From NCBI RefSeq assembly GCF_006345805.1, contig NC_043006.1:74834001-74897910 (forward strand): DNA of 63,910 bases, read 5' to 3'. Below are positions 13,326 through 24,623 of the stretch, piece after piece; position 1 is the stretch's first letter; every line of letters begins with the position of its first letter. Below the pieces are notes generated by a model that was not told the DNA's origin, did not search any database, and saw nothing but the letters and a program-made list of their open reading frames with translations. The translations under genes and the position numbers were made by a program. The stretch comes from Octopus sinensis (taxonomy: Eukaryota).

Positions 13326-13906
13326 GACATTACAATTCATTAATTGAATACATTTCATATAAAAACACTTTCCTTCTCTTCAGAGACATAAAAGAAATAT
13401 GTTCGCACATAAACAGAGAGAGAGAGAGGGGGGATGAGGGAGGAGAGAGGGGGGGAGAGAGAGAGGAACATTAGAACATCTGATATGAAATAATCAGCAT
13501 CGAAACAGCGACGCTAACTAGGGCATGTCCTATGCTTCCGCTGATTGTTTTAGGAATCCATTTGGTGGAGAGCAGGGATAGATAGGCATCCTCTTTGGTT
13601 TTCCATCATTGATTGGCCCAAACGGAACATCCAGGATGCGATAGATACAACAAGCGACGGCTTCACCAGCACCCAGTTTGTACTCATTTCCGCTGAGAAG
13701 ATTGCAAATGAAGTATCTTGTTTAAGGACGCAATGCACCGTATGATCTAGCGCTCGAACAAGCGAAACTTCGGTCATGTGATCGTTTACGCAATACAGCA
13801 AAAATTAAGTTACGCATCGTTGTGACCAACAGCATAACGTTACATACGATTGCAGTGTCATTAATACATGAAGTGGGCATTGTTGCTTGAATAAGAATTC
13901 TAATGT

Positions 13907-13937
<31 letters not shown>

Positions 13938-14084
13938 ATTGCTTGCACGGGCGTGCATGTTATATTTCAATATATATATATTTATAGTTAATCCAAACAT
14001 GAAAACACCAAGAAAAAACACAACGCGAGGACGTGGAACAAATATAGTATTATTGGACGCTCAGGAAGGAAGGGAAGCAGGAGG

Positions 14085-14119
14085 GTTTTACGTTTCGAGC
14101 AGAGCTCTTCGTCAGAAAC
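14085..14119 (-). ncRNA. Minimal type I hammerhead ribozyme motif, intact core
   Basis: Minus strand reads GTTT-CTGACGA-A-GAGC-tct-GCTC-GAAA-CG-TA|AAAC: stem I 4 bp, stem II 4 bp, palindromic ACGT stem III, GUA cleavage triplet. Confidence 0.75.
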
Positions 14120-14198
14120 ATAGGAAAAGGAAAGATCCAGAGAAGGAAAGACGGAAGAAAAAAAATCGCCAACGGTACACACGCGGTCACATTTATTT

Positions 14199-14400
14199 AT
14201 TTACATCTAATATAGGATAAAATTTTTCGAAAAAAATTCTATCAATGGCCAGCATATTAAAAAATACCTTTAGAGGTAATTTTTTTCTTTTGCCCTTGTT
14301 TATAAGCTGTTTATAAATTTAACCTTTAAAGGTATTTTTTAATATGCTGGCCATTCATAGAATTTTTTTCGAAAAATTTTATCCTATATTAGATGTAAAT
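14199..14400. repeat. ~80-bp-arm inverted repeat with a 40-bp spacer
   Basis: ATTTACATCTAATATAGGATAAAATTTTTCGAAAAAAATTCTAT... pairs with ...ATAGAATTTTTTTCGAAAAATTTTATCCTATATTAGATGTAAAT. Confidence 0.9.
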
Positions 14401-14835
14401 TTAATAGTGTTCACTTCCGGACTCTCTCACTCTATGAGAGTTTTCAGTCCGATTGCACGTGTCTCGAGGTGTGCTGGAGAATTTCTATTTTGGATATATT
14501 TGGGGTACTTAAGTGTGCGCATGTGTTTGCTTCTTCCATGGGTATAAGTAAGTATTTCATTTATTTCTTACCGTATTTATCGCTGAAAATTCTTATGAAT
14601 TAACTCTGAAATTGGGACCGATACGATAATAACGGAATCTTTTAGAAATTTCTGTCGGCTTACTCCGAGACGCGTGCTATTAGCGATAAATTATATGGTT
14701 ATTGACGATTTGTCTATTTTCGGCATATTTGGCATTAGAATTTTTTTCTTTTGCCCTTGTTTATAAGTTGTATATATATATATAATTTACATTATTTACA
14801 TTCGAGGAATATTTGTCCTCATCTTGATTGTTGTT

Positions 14836-14881
14836 AACACAACGTTTCGGCTGATATACCCTCCAGCCTTCTTCAGGTGTC
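14836..14881 (-). ncRNA. Minimal type I hammerhead ribozyme motif, intact core
   Basis: Minus strand reads GACAC-CTGAAGA-A-GGCTG-(10 nt loop)-CAGCC-GAAA-CG-TT|GTGTT: stem I 5 bp (one G-U), stem II 5 bp, ACGT palindrome, GUU triplet. Confidence 0.75.
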
Positions 14882-15831
14882 TTGGGGAAATTTCGAACCT
14901 GGGTTTCATTCCTAAGGTATTTTTCGTCGTCGTTGTCGTTGTTGTTGTTGTTCAGGTCACTGCTTGTAATCGAACTCGGAATCTTGGGGTTAGGAGCCCG
15001 TGCTATAAACCACTTCGCCATATACTATAATAATACTTTCTGCCCTTCGCACAAGGCCTGAAATTTGGGGGAGATTATATCGACCGCAGTACGCAACTGG
15101 TACTTAATTTATCGACCCCGAAAGGATGAAAGACAAAGTCGATCTAGGCGGAATGTAAAGACAGAACTCAGAATGTAAAGACAGACGAAATACTTATTTC
15201 TTTACTGCCCACAAGAGGCTACACACAGAGGGGACAAACAAGGACAGACAAACGGATTAAGTCCATTATATCGACCCCAGTGCGTAACTGGTACTTAATT
15301 TATCGACCCCGAAATGATGAAAGGCAAAGTAGACCTCGGCGGAATTTGAACTCAGAAAGTCACGGCAGTCGAAATACCGCTACGCATTTCGCCCGGCGTG
15401 CTAACGTTTCTGCCAGCTCGCCGCCTTAATATAATTTATATTGTAATATACATTTATATATATTTTATACATATAAGCATAGTATATATGTATATGTATT
15501 TATATACACCTTGCTTAGTAACCACATGCTTCCGGGTTCAGTCCCACTGCGTGGCACCTTGGACAAGCGTCTTCTACTATAGTCTCTTGCTGACCAAAGC
15601 CTTAGAACTGGATTTGGTAGACGGAAACTGAAAGAAGCCTGTCACACACACACACACACACACACAACACACACACACACATATATATATATATATTATA
15701 TATATATATTTTCAGTAAAAGCAATTAAGATTCAAGTGAGTTCCAATTAATTCACATGAATGCGGTACTTAACTTAGATGCACCAGAAATCTATATGGTA
15801 TTAACCATAAAGTAATGTGGGGTGATTATAA

Positions 15832-16430
15832 ACAAGAAAAAAGCAACAAGAATGGATTAGTTTTTCAGTACAATTGTTTCATACGAAGAACAGCTTTATT
15901 AAAAGCTGCAAATATTGCAGCAAATACAAGTGTCCCATACTCATCAGCCAAAACACATATGAGTTTTCCAAACATCCTAGGGGGTGAGGCTACACTCATG
16001 AAGTATCGAAGAGAGTTCTATAAAAAGCAAATTTAGATTGTAAGCAGACTTCCAAAATTTCTCTAATGATGCACAGTTTTATAAAAGGTTTTAAAAAAGC
16101 TTGTTAGCTTCACAGAAAAGGTAAATCCATCCATAGTAATGTAGGTGTAATTTCCGTAGATGTGAGAAGATATTTCATACTCAGAGACGATGAATTTATC
16201 CATAATAAAGTGGGTATAATTTCCTGATATATGAGAAGATGCCGATCACTCTTCGATACTTCATGAGTGTAGCCTCACCCCCTAAGATGTTTGGAAAACT
16301 CATATGTGTTTTGGCTGATGAGTATGGGACACTTGTATTTGCTGCAATATTTGCAGCTTTTAATAAAGCTGTTCTTCGTATGAAACAATTGTACTGAAAA
16401 ACTAATCCATTCTTGTTGCTTTCTTCTTGT
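15832..16430. repeat. ~180-bp-arm inverted duplication (15832-16013 vs 16249-16430)
   Basis: Arms are near-identical reverse complements and sit inside the internal microsatellite of a family C SINE. Confidence 0.9.
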
Positions 16431-16439
16431 ATATATAAT

Positions 16440-16495
<56 letters not shown>

Positions 16496-16671
16496 TTGTG
16501 TGTCTGTGTTTGTCCCCCCTCTAACGCCACCATCGCTTGACAAATGTGTTTACACCCCGATAGAATGAATACTAAGCTTACAAGAATAAGTCGATTTGTT
16601 CGGCTAAAGGCAATGCTCCAACAAGGCCGCAGTCAAATGGCTGAAACAAATAAAGGAATAAGCATATATGC

Positions 16672-16709
<38 letters not shown>

Positions 16710-16789
16710 TTATGTATATGCATATTGTATTGTATTTTATATCGTATAATACACACATATATACACAACATATTTGTATAGTATATATA

Positions 16790-16834
<45 letters not shown>

Positions 16835-16849
16835 TAGATAGACATTTTA

Positions 16850-17143
16850 GGTACTATTTAAGAAGAATGGTCCTGGTGCGCGCACTCGTGTACTCGCGTA
16901 TCCGCGCTAGCTAGTCGTGACTAGTCGATCTTTACTTTGTGTTTTTGTGTTTTATTTACATTGTTTCAAAATTTATTTACTTTGTTCTTTTATGTTTTAT
17001 ATCCTTTTTTTAAAAAAATTATATATTTTGTGTTTTATTTACTTTGCTAGGTAGTCGTTGTAGTATCGACTAGTCACGACTAGCTAGCGCGATGCGCGAG
17101 TACACGAGTGCGCGCACCGGGACCACTCTTCTTAAACAGTACC
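16850..17143. mobile_element. MITE with GGTAC termini and ~80-bp TIRs, related to the foldback element
   Basis: GGTACTATTTAAGAAGAATGGTCCTGGTGCGCGC... / ...GCGCGCACCGGGACCACTCTTCTTAAACAGTACC. Flanks GACATTTTA / GACATATAA match at 7 of 9, a decayed 9-bp TSD. Confidence 0.8.
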
Positions 17144-17384
17144 GACATATAAGTATCTTATAAACACAAACGCGGACACACAGACACACGCATACACACA
17201 CACATGCGCACATACGTGTACGCGTATGTGATTACACTTGTTCGCGTATGCGTGCGTGCGTGCGGGTGGCGTATCATTCATTCGCTTCCCGTCGAGAGGC
17301 GCGTAACAACGACAGGAAAAGACGTAAAAACTACTCTCTGAAGCAGGAAATAACCAGACGAAGATGTTCGTCATCACATTAGTC

Positions 17385-17526
17385 TATAAATAGCCTTTGT
17401 CTAGAAGTACAAGTAGATTCCTAACCTCATTGCAGAAGAACTCTGCTGCATGACAGATGCTGCTTTGATTCTGGCTGCGTCGAACTTGGCCGATGCGAGA
17501 GAGAGAGAGATATTTGTTTCCACAAG
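17385..17526 (+). promoter_or_regulatory. Candidate TATA box and short exon of an unidentified plus-strand transcript
   Basis: TATAAATAG at 17385-17393 after a CpG-rich stretch; ATG 17450 (MTDAALILAASNLADAREREIFVST); donor AG|GTTAGC at 17526/17527. No homology recognised. Confidence 0.25.
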
Positions 17527-17782
17527 GTTAGCACATCTGTGCGTGCGCACGTGCACGTGGATATACGCGCGTATACGCTCATAAGCTTGTACTTGCGCAT
17601 GCACGCAGACATACACACACACCCTTCATATACGGATGCACATCCGAATACGTATGTGTATATATATACGTGTATGATGTATATATACACGTGTGTGTGT
17701 GTATACATTTTGATGTACATATATATATATACAATTGGATGTAAATACCTATATATATATATATATACACATACACACACGC

Positions 17783-17822
<40 letters not shown>

Positions 17823-18287
17823 ATACACACACACACACATCTATACTATGCCTATATTATGATGGAGAAAGCTGCTTATTAATTAGGTAAGTAATACTTA
17901 CTAGTGGAGCCACATGGCCTAGTGATCAGAGCAGCGGACTCGCAGTCGAGGGATCGCGGGTTCGAATCTCAGACCGGGCGATGTGTGTGTTTATGAGCGA
18001 AACACCTGAGCTCCACGCGGCTCTAGCAGAAGGTAATGGTGAATCTCTGCTGACTCTTTCGCCACAACTTTCTCTCACTCTTTCCTCCTGCATCTTGCAA
18101 CTCACCTACGACGGTCCGGTGTTCCGTCCAGGTGGGGAACCTATATTCCAAGGAAACCGAGAAACCGGCCCTATGAGCCAGGCATGGCTCGTGGAAGAAC
18201 AAACATACAGTACTTACTAAATGTACTAAAAGAAAGAAATTATTAAAGCGTTGATCGTCTGGAAATATTTTTTATAAATTCATGTTC

Positions 18288-18703
18288 GGATCTTTTCGGT
18301 TTGAACGGCGTTTTTTTCTAGCGGTGTCATATGAAATTGTCACCCATAATTATGACCCTAGTATCGATCTATTGCATTTCAATCTGTTTTAGGGTTAGGG
18401 TTAGGGGTGGGGGGCAAGGGTATCTTTTTTTCTTCAGAAATGTAAATAAACCCAATCTGTTTCTTAAACGAGGGAATATTCATACGGCACAGAATGTTTT
18501 CACCTCAATAGACGTAATTGATTAGTTGAAATTGCAGAAATTGAAGAAGAAAAACAACAAATATCTTACAAACTATAGAATTTTCTCAATAAAGCCAAGA
18601 GAAAAAGATGTTTTATAAACACATTCTACCAGTATACGAAGTTTAAAATTTTTTAGTTACCTAGAAATTATGTTAAAAACTGCCGTTCAAACCGAAAAGA
18701 TCC
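18288..18703. mobile_element. MITE with GGATC termini
   Basis: GGATCTTTTCGGTTTGAACGGC ... GCCGTTCAAACCGAAAAGATCC. Confidence 0.75.
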
Positions 18704-18909
18704 ATTTCCTATAATTTCGATTTGTCAAGTTTATTGATTCTTTTAAAATTCCAATTTCTCGTAAATTTAAATATTCATTGCATTCACTGCGGAGTATTCC
18801 ATTCTCATTTGCAAAGTCTCTCACTTTCTCTTTTAAGTTTTAATTTGCTATTAATATATACGTAATGTAAAAACCTTATTTATTGAATAAAAATTTTAAA
18901 AAATACCCG

Positions 18910-19316
18910 GGATCTTTTCACTTTGACCGGAAGATTTTTTAAAATAATTTCTTTGTAACTAAACACTTTTAAAGTTCGTATACTGGTAGAATGTGTTTAT
19001 AAAACATCTGTTTCTCTTATCTTTCTTGAGAAAATTCTGTTGTTTGTAAGCTATTTGTTCTTTAATTTCTTGCATTTCGGCAATTTCAACCAATCAATGA
19101 CGTCTATTGAGGTGAATCCAATTTGTCTGAAATCGTTGTCAACAATTAAAAATGCAAGAAATTAAAGAACAAATAGCTTACAAACTATAGAATTTTCCCA
19201 ATAAAGCCAAGAGAAAAAGATGTTTTATAAACACATTCTACCAGTATACGAAGTTTAAAAGTGTTTAGTTACAAAGAAATTATTTTAAAAATCTGCCGGT
19301 CAAAGTGAAAAGATCC
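18910..19316. mobile_element. Palindromic MITE with GGATC termini, related to 18288-18703
   Basis: GGATCTTTTCACTTTGACCGG ... CCGGTCAAAGTGAAAAGATCC; the arms (~170 bp) also match the 3' half of the neighbouring MITE. Confidence 0.75.
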
Positions 19317-19570
19317 AAATATCCGTATAATTTTTGAACGCGGGATAGCCGTAAGAAGAGTTTGGTAATTACTATTAGAAGACGAGGAGAAAAGAGAAAC
19401 CAAAACGTTACCGACAAGTACTCGAAACTTGCACTTTACAGTTTCCAAATACAACTTCGAGAGTGACACACACACACACACACCAATACACGCTCGTTCA
19501 CACATACACACAAATGAAAGGCAATAAATGTGTGTGCGTATGTGTGTGTGTGCGTGCGTGTGTTTGTGTG

Positions 19571-19605
<35 letters not shown>

Positions 19606-19693
19606 TGTTCACTGACAAAACTTCGTGCTGTATCGCTTTTGTGGAGGTTTGTCAGTGAACAGGTTTCAAAGCAGTTTGAAAGCGACGAAAATA

Positions 19694-20090
19694 TCTTTAT
19701 ATATAAAAGTGAAGTTGTGTGTCTGTCTCCTACGATTTAGATTCCTAACTACTCCCACATTTTGCGGTGCAGTTTAACCAAAACCGGGTATCTTATAGTC
19801 GTGATTCATATCGAGCCCTTCTGGGTATTAGCGCGCGTCTACGATGAGTCTACGATTTAAAAAAAAATTATGGTAAATTTTTTCCATTTTAATGCATTTT
19901 TTCGCTATTATATAAGGGAATTAACTCTCTAAAAATGTCTACGATGAGTCAACGAATTAAAAAAAATTTACCATCATTTTTTTTCCATTTTTAATGCATT
20001 TTTTTGCTATCTTTTTGGCTACAACTCTCTAAAAATGCTTATATAGTTATTTCCCTTACAAACCCGAGCAACGCCGGGCGATACTGCTAG
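19694..20090 (+). mobile_element. Intact 397-bp non-autonomous Helitron, same family as 1477-4770
   Basis: A|TCTTTATATATAAAA ... CCCGAGCAACGCCGGGCGATACTGCTAG|T; no TSD; colinear with the split copy. Confidence 0.9.
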
Positions 20091-20236
20091 TTTTGACATA
20101 AATGAAGTTTTAATATTGAAGTGAAACTAATAATATTTGTGTTCTTGAATGGTTTACAAACGTCTTCCATGCTGCAATAGCTTTTGTTCAGTACACGATC
20201 TCAGATCAGGTTACTTGCTATGCAAATACATCTCAC

Positions 20237-20287
20237 TGTGGATAAATGCCAGCAATGACCTTCTCAGGCTCTCCAATACTTTAATTT
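20237..20287 (-). other. Candidate 51-nt symmetric exon
   Basis: Acceptor TTGTTTCTGTTTAG, donor CA|GTGAGA, single open frame (E)IKVLESLRRSLLAFIH. No homology recognised. Confidence 0.2.
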
Positions 20288-20727
20288 CTAAACAGAAACA
20301 ATCGGAGGCAGGGAGTGGGGTTGCAAATAATTCATGCTTTCTTACATTTTTGTTTTTTATAGCAGAGAAATGCATTTATGGGGGGAAATATTGAAAAACA
20401 CCAATACATGCGATAGAGAAACGAGGAGGGTTGACTTTGGATGTGCTAGAATCAACAGTCAAACCACCCTTAAATCACATTTCCCCTGAAAATATTAACA
20501 ATTTTTTTTCTTCCGAAAATGCGAGTTTCGTCTATTTCCTGAGCATCCAGTCACATTTAGTGACGATTAAATTTTTCCTTTTTGGTATTATATGGCGCCT
20601 AGCTGTTTATATTAACTTTGAATATACGCATTATCATTTCGTTAAATCATCCATCAATTTTTATGGTAATTAAATATATACTGGCAATTGGATTTAGCCA
20701 AACTATCGACCGTTTGAGTAGTCACTG

Positions 20728-21115
20728 GATGGAAGCACTCCGTCGGTTATGACGACGAGGGTTCCGGTTGATCCGATCAACGGAACAGCCTGCTCGTGAA
20801 ATTAACGTGTAAGTGGCTAAGCACTCCACAGACACGTGTACCCTTAACGTAGTTCTCGGGGATATTCAGCGTGACACAGAGAGTGACAAGGCCGGCCCTT
20901 TGAAATACAGGTACAACAGAAACAGGAAGTAAGAGTGAGAGAAAGTTGTGGTGAAAGAGTACAGCAGGGATCACCACCATCCCCTGCCGGAGCCTCGTGG
21001 AGCTTTAGGTGTTTTCGTTCAATAAACACTCACAACGCCCGGTCTGGGAATCGAAACCGCGATCCTACGACCGCGAGTCCGCTGCCCTAACCACTGGGCC
21101 ATTGCGCCTCCATAA
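20728..21115 (-). mobile_element. Full-length tRNA(Arg)-derived SINE, family A
   Basis: Head GGAGGCGCAATGGCCCAGTGGTTAGGGCAGCGGACTCGCGGTCGTAGGATCGCGGTTTCGATTCCC with box A/B; TSD AGTAGTCACTG at 20717-20727 and 21116-21126. Confidence 0.9.
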
Positions 21116-21245
21116 AGTAGTCACTGCTGATGGTGCCAACGAAATAGTTGAAACAAGTCTAGTGATTCTTGAGACGGTTGAGGGGCGTTTACCTCCCCTG
21201 TCAGTGAATATATATTGCGCTCATCTTACAGCATTAAGAGATTTT

Positions 21246-21282
<37 letters not shown>

Positions 21283-21316
21283 CTGACAGAAATCTGCAGT
21301 GGTCAAACATATAAAG

Positions 21317-21536
21317 CAGTGCTTTTCAACCTTTTTGCTGGAGCGGAACCCCAAGTGAAACATTCCACTGGCTCGAGGAACCCCTGTGCAATAATTTAAT
21401 AGTCTTATGCACACATATCTGCACAGGAGAATTATAAATTACTGCTGATTTTAGCAGTTTTGTAACTTTTTGCGGAACCCCTGGACTGTACTAGCGGAAC
21501 CCTAAGGTTCCGCGGAACCCTGGTTGAAAGCCACTG
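21317..21536. mobile_element. hAT (Charlie-like) MITE
   Basis: TIRs CAGTGCTTTTCAACC / GGTTGAAAGCCACTG; perfect 8-bp TSD ATATAAAG at 21309-21316 and 21537-21544. Confidence 0.9.
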
Positions 21537-21807
21537 ATATAAAGGAATGGCTGAGTAGCTATATAAATGCCACTTGGGGCGGCGAGCTAGCAGAATCGTT
21601 AAAGCATCGGAAAAAATGCGGTGTTTCTTCCTTCAAAATTTTCCTTGTGTTTAAATTGTCTACCATTATTACAGTACTCCCTCCCCTTTGACCGCGGTGG
21701 GATTTGAACTCAGAACGTAAAGAGCTTGAAGAAAGGCCGCTGAACATTTTGTCCGTCTTGCTAATGATTGTATCAGCTTGCCACCTTTAATATTGATTTC
21801 AGATCAA

Positions 21808-22385
21808 AGCGGCGAGCTGGTAGAATCATTAGCACGCTGGGCGAAATGCTTAGCGGTATTTCGTCTACCGCTACGTTCTCAGTTCAAATTCCGCCGAGGT
21901 CGACTTTGCCTTTCATCCTTTCGAGGTTGATAAATTAAGTATCAGTTACGCACTGGGGTCGATGTAATCGACTTAATCCGTTTGTCTGCCCTTGTTTGTC
22001 CCCTCTGTGTTTAGCCCCTTGTGGGTAGTAAAGAAATAGGTATTTCGTCTGCCATTACGTTTTGAGTTCAAATTCCGTCGAGGTCGACTTTGCCTTTCAT
22101 CCTATCGGGGTCGATTAAATAAGTACCAGTTATGCACTGGGGTCGAGATAATCGACTTAATCCGTTTGTCTGTCCTTGTTTGTCCTCTCGGTGTTTAGCC
22201 CCTTGTGGGTAGTAAGGAAATATGTATTTCGTCTGTCTTGATGTTGTGAGTTTAAATTCCACCGACGTCAACTTTACCTTTCATCCATTTCGGGGTCAAT
22301 AAAATAAATATCAGTTGAATACTAAAGTCAATGTAATTGACTTACCCATCCCCTAAACTTGGTGGCTTTGTGCTAAAGTTTGAAA
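21808..22385 (+). mobile_element. Trimeric family B SINE (one head plus three core units, period ~170 bp)
   Basis: Head GGCGGCGAGCTGG.AGAA; repeated GAGTTCAAATTCCGCCGAGGTCGACTTTGCCTTTCATCCTTTCGGGGTCGATAAATTAAGTACCAG units. Confidence 0.85.
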
Positions 22386-23154
22386 CTAATATTAATAAAG
22401 AATTAACAAAAAAACCTTCGTTCGATCACTTGCTCTCATTTTCCTTTCTTTATTAAAAATCTATTGTTTTGTACTGACTTCCTCTGATGATTTACTTCCA
22501 CTGAAAGCAACAAGATGTCCATTGTCTAATAAATACACTTACTCTTACTTTTTCTTTTCGTTTTCTTCCAAATTTTTCTTCGTCTTTTTTTCCCTCTTTA
22601 CTAGACTCTAGCTGCTCACTCGACTTAATTGGTAGGTATCGGCCAATATGTGCTTGAGATGGAAATTCAGTGTTTTCGTATGATATGTACTCTTTGGCTG
22701 CAGTCCAAATACATCTGACTTGATATTTATTTCAGTCTAAATTATAGGTTCAAGGTATATAGCGTAAAAGTAACAATGGGCAATGCGCAATTTTCCGTCT
22801 AAGCATCAACTTGTTTGGCAATTTTAGCAGTTATTACGATAGAAATTAATAATTTACATTTGACCTGTCAACTAACATATATTTAGAGACATTTCCTCTC
22901 ACCGAAGCAATATAATTATACATTTGTGGAAGGCGCCGTGGCCTAGTGGTTAAGGTTCTTTTAGTCGTGTTTATAAGTTTGCAGGTTCAATGCTTAAACC
23001 AGGTGGTGTATTGCGCCCTTGAGTAAGGTACTTCGTTTCACATTGCTCCAGTTTACTCAGCTGTAAAAAGTTCTAACTGCTAACAGAATGAGTGGGGCCG
23101 TTTTCTTACTTTTCTTCTTTCTTACTCTCTCTCTCTCTCTCTCTCTCTCCCTTC

Positions 23155-23187
<33 letters not shown>

Positions 23188-24623
23188 TCTGTCCTCAGCT
23201 GTCACGTCCTGGATATTCTGTTGGTTCGATGTGAGGAGGTCGAGAGAGTGTCCATCAGCGCCGCCTGAAGGTATTGGAACACTGGGCAGTTGTACGGGTA
23301 CCCCACAGGCACAGGGACTCAATTCTAATCTATGTATGATGTAGCTTGCTGTCAATAAGTAAATGCTATTGGCCCCAATGCACGGATATGCTCAGGGGAT
23401 CTATAATGCTGTTAAGAGGCCCTGCTATCTATGTCCATTCGCAATATTGTGAGCACCTAAAACCATTAGGGAAAGCACGGTACATCCTACAAAGCCTTAC
23501 CGTTCGACTTTAAAGTCAGGCATCGTCGAATAGAAGACACATGATCGAATGCGTTCCAGCCGTGATCATCCTGTATGGGAGTGGGAATGAGTGAGTGTGT
23601 ATATGTGAGTGTGGATGTGTGTAGAGGTGTGTGAAAGTGGGTAAGAAAGAAAGAGAGAAATAGAGAGGGAGAGAAAAAGAGAAAGAAAGAGAGAGAGAGA
23701 GAGAGAGAGAAACGGAAAGTGTACGGCAGCTCTTCAAAATGACCCACATATAAAAGTTTAAATTTCCCAATGACATAATATTAAATCTTTGTTATTTGAA
23801 CAAACGAAGATCTTATTAAAGCAAGCATATTATTGCTAATATACATACTTATACTTATTAATCACGTTATGTATAAAAGGCTATTATATGACGTCTCTAG
23901 ATAGGTTCTGGAGTAACTTGTCTCGCGAGTCGGAGTAGTTCACCACATTTATTTGTTTATAAAAGAAAACTTCCAATCATATAAATATAATCGTCTCTAA
24001 AGTCACAAAATCTTAAAGGAAATGAATTTTTGACCAGCCTTGGATTCACAGACTAAAACATACTTGAAAGTAAATCTAGTTATCGATAAGATGCATTTCC
24101 ATTAGATTTAGAATCTATTTCGCTAGAAGACTTCTTTGAAAACAGAGGTGTATTTGTTTGACGATTTGAATTGATGAGAAACTTTGTTTAAAACTGAAAC
24201 AAATATATATATAAAGGAAGAACTATTTTAACCATTTAAAGAATACACAAAAGACATTTACGTTCAGTTGTGGTTTATTTGTTAAATAGTACCGGCAACT
24301 ATGAAGTCTTAAATAGTTCCATCGTATTTTTGCTATCTGATTATTGACACAAATTGATTTCTTAAAACTTTATTTGAGCTTTTAATGCCTTTTAGCTATA
24401 CAAGAATGTCAGTTGCCATAGATTTTATTCTTCTGCATCAACTAGGTTAATATAAACTAACGTATTTTACAAAATTGTAGCGTCACCCAAGAATATTTTC
24501 TCTATAGCCATATCTCTAATAATTTTTATTTTTATTTTTAAGATCTGATTCCAACGAAGATTGATGTTCTTCTACAATGGTTTTGCTTTCCAGATTTTTA
24601 TTTTTAGATCAACTTTTTAAAAT

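Noticed and set aside
20777-21029. Recurrent ORFs MVVIPAVLF... and MFIERK... seen three times
   Set aside because: They are frames within family A SINE copies; recurrence reflects SINE youth, not coding.
21040-21112. tRNA-Arg-like gene (also 6955-7027, 28565-28640, 33495-33566, 14960-15020)
   Set aside because: These are SINE heads continuous with SINE bodies and TSDs, without a proper acceptor stem.
21808-22385. CRISPR-like regularly spaced repeats
   Set aside because: Units are ~170-bp SINE multimers with no unique spacers, no cas genes, and the context is eukaryotic.
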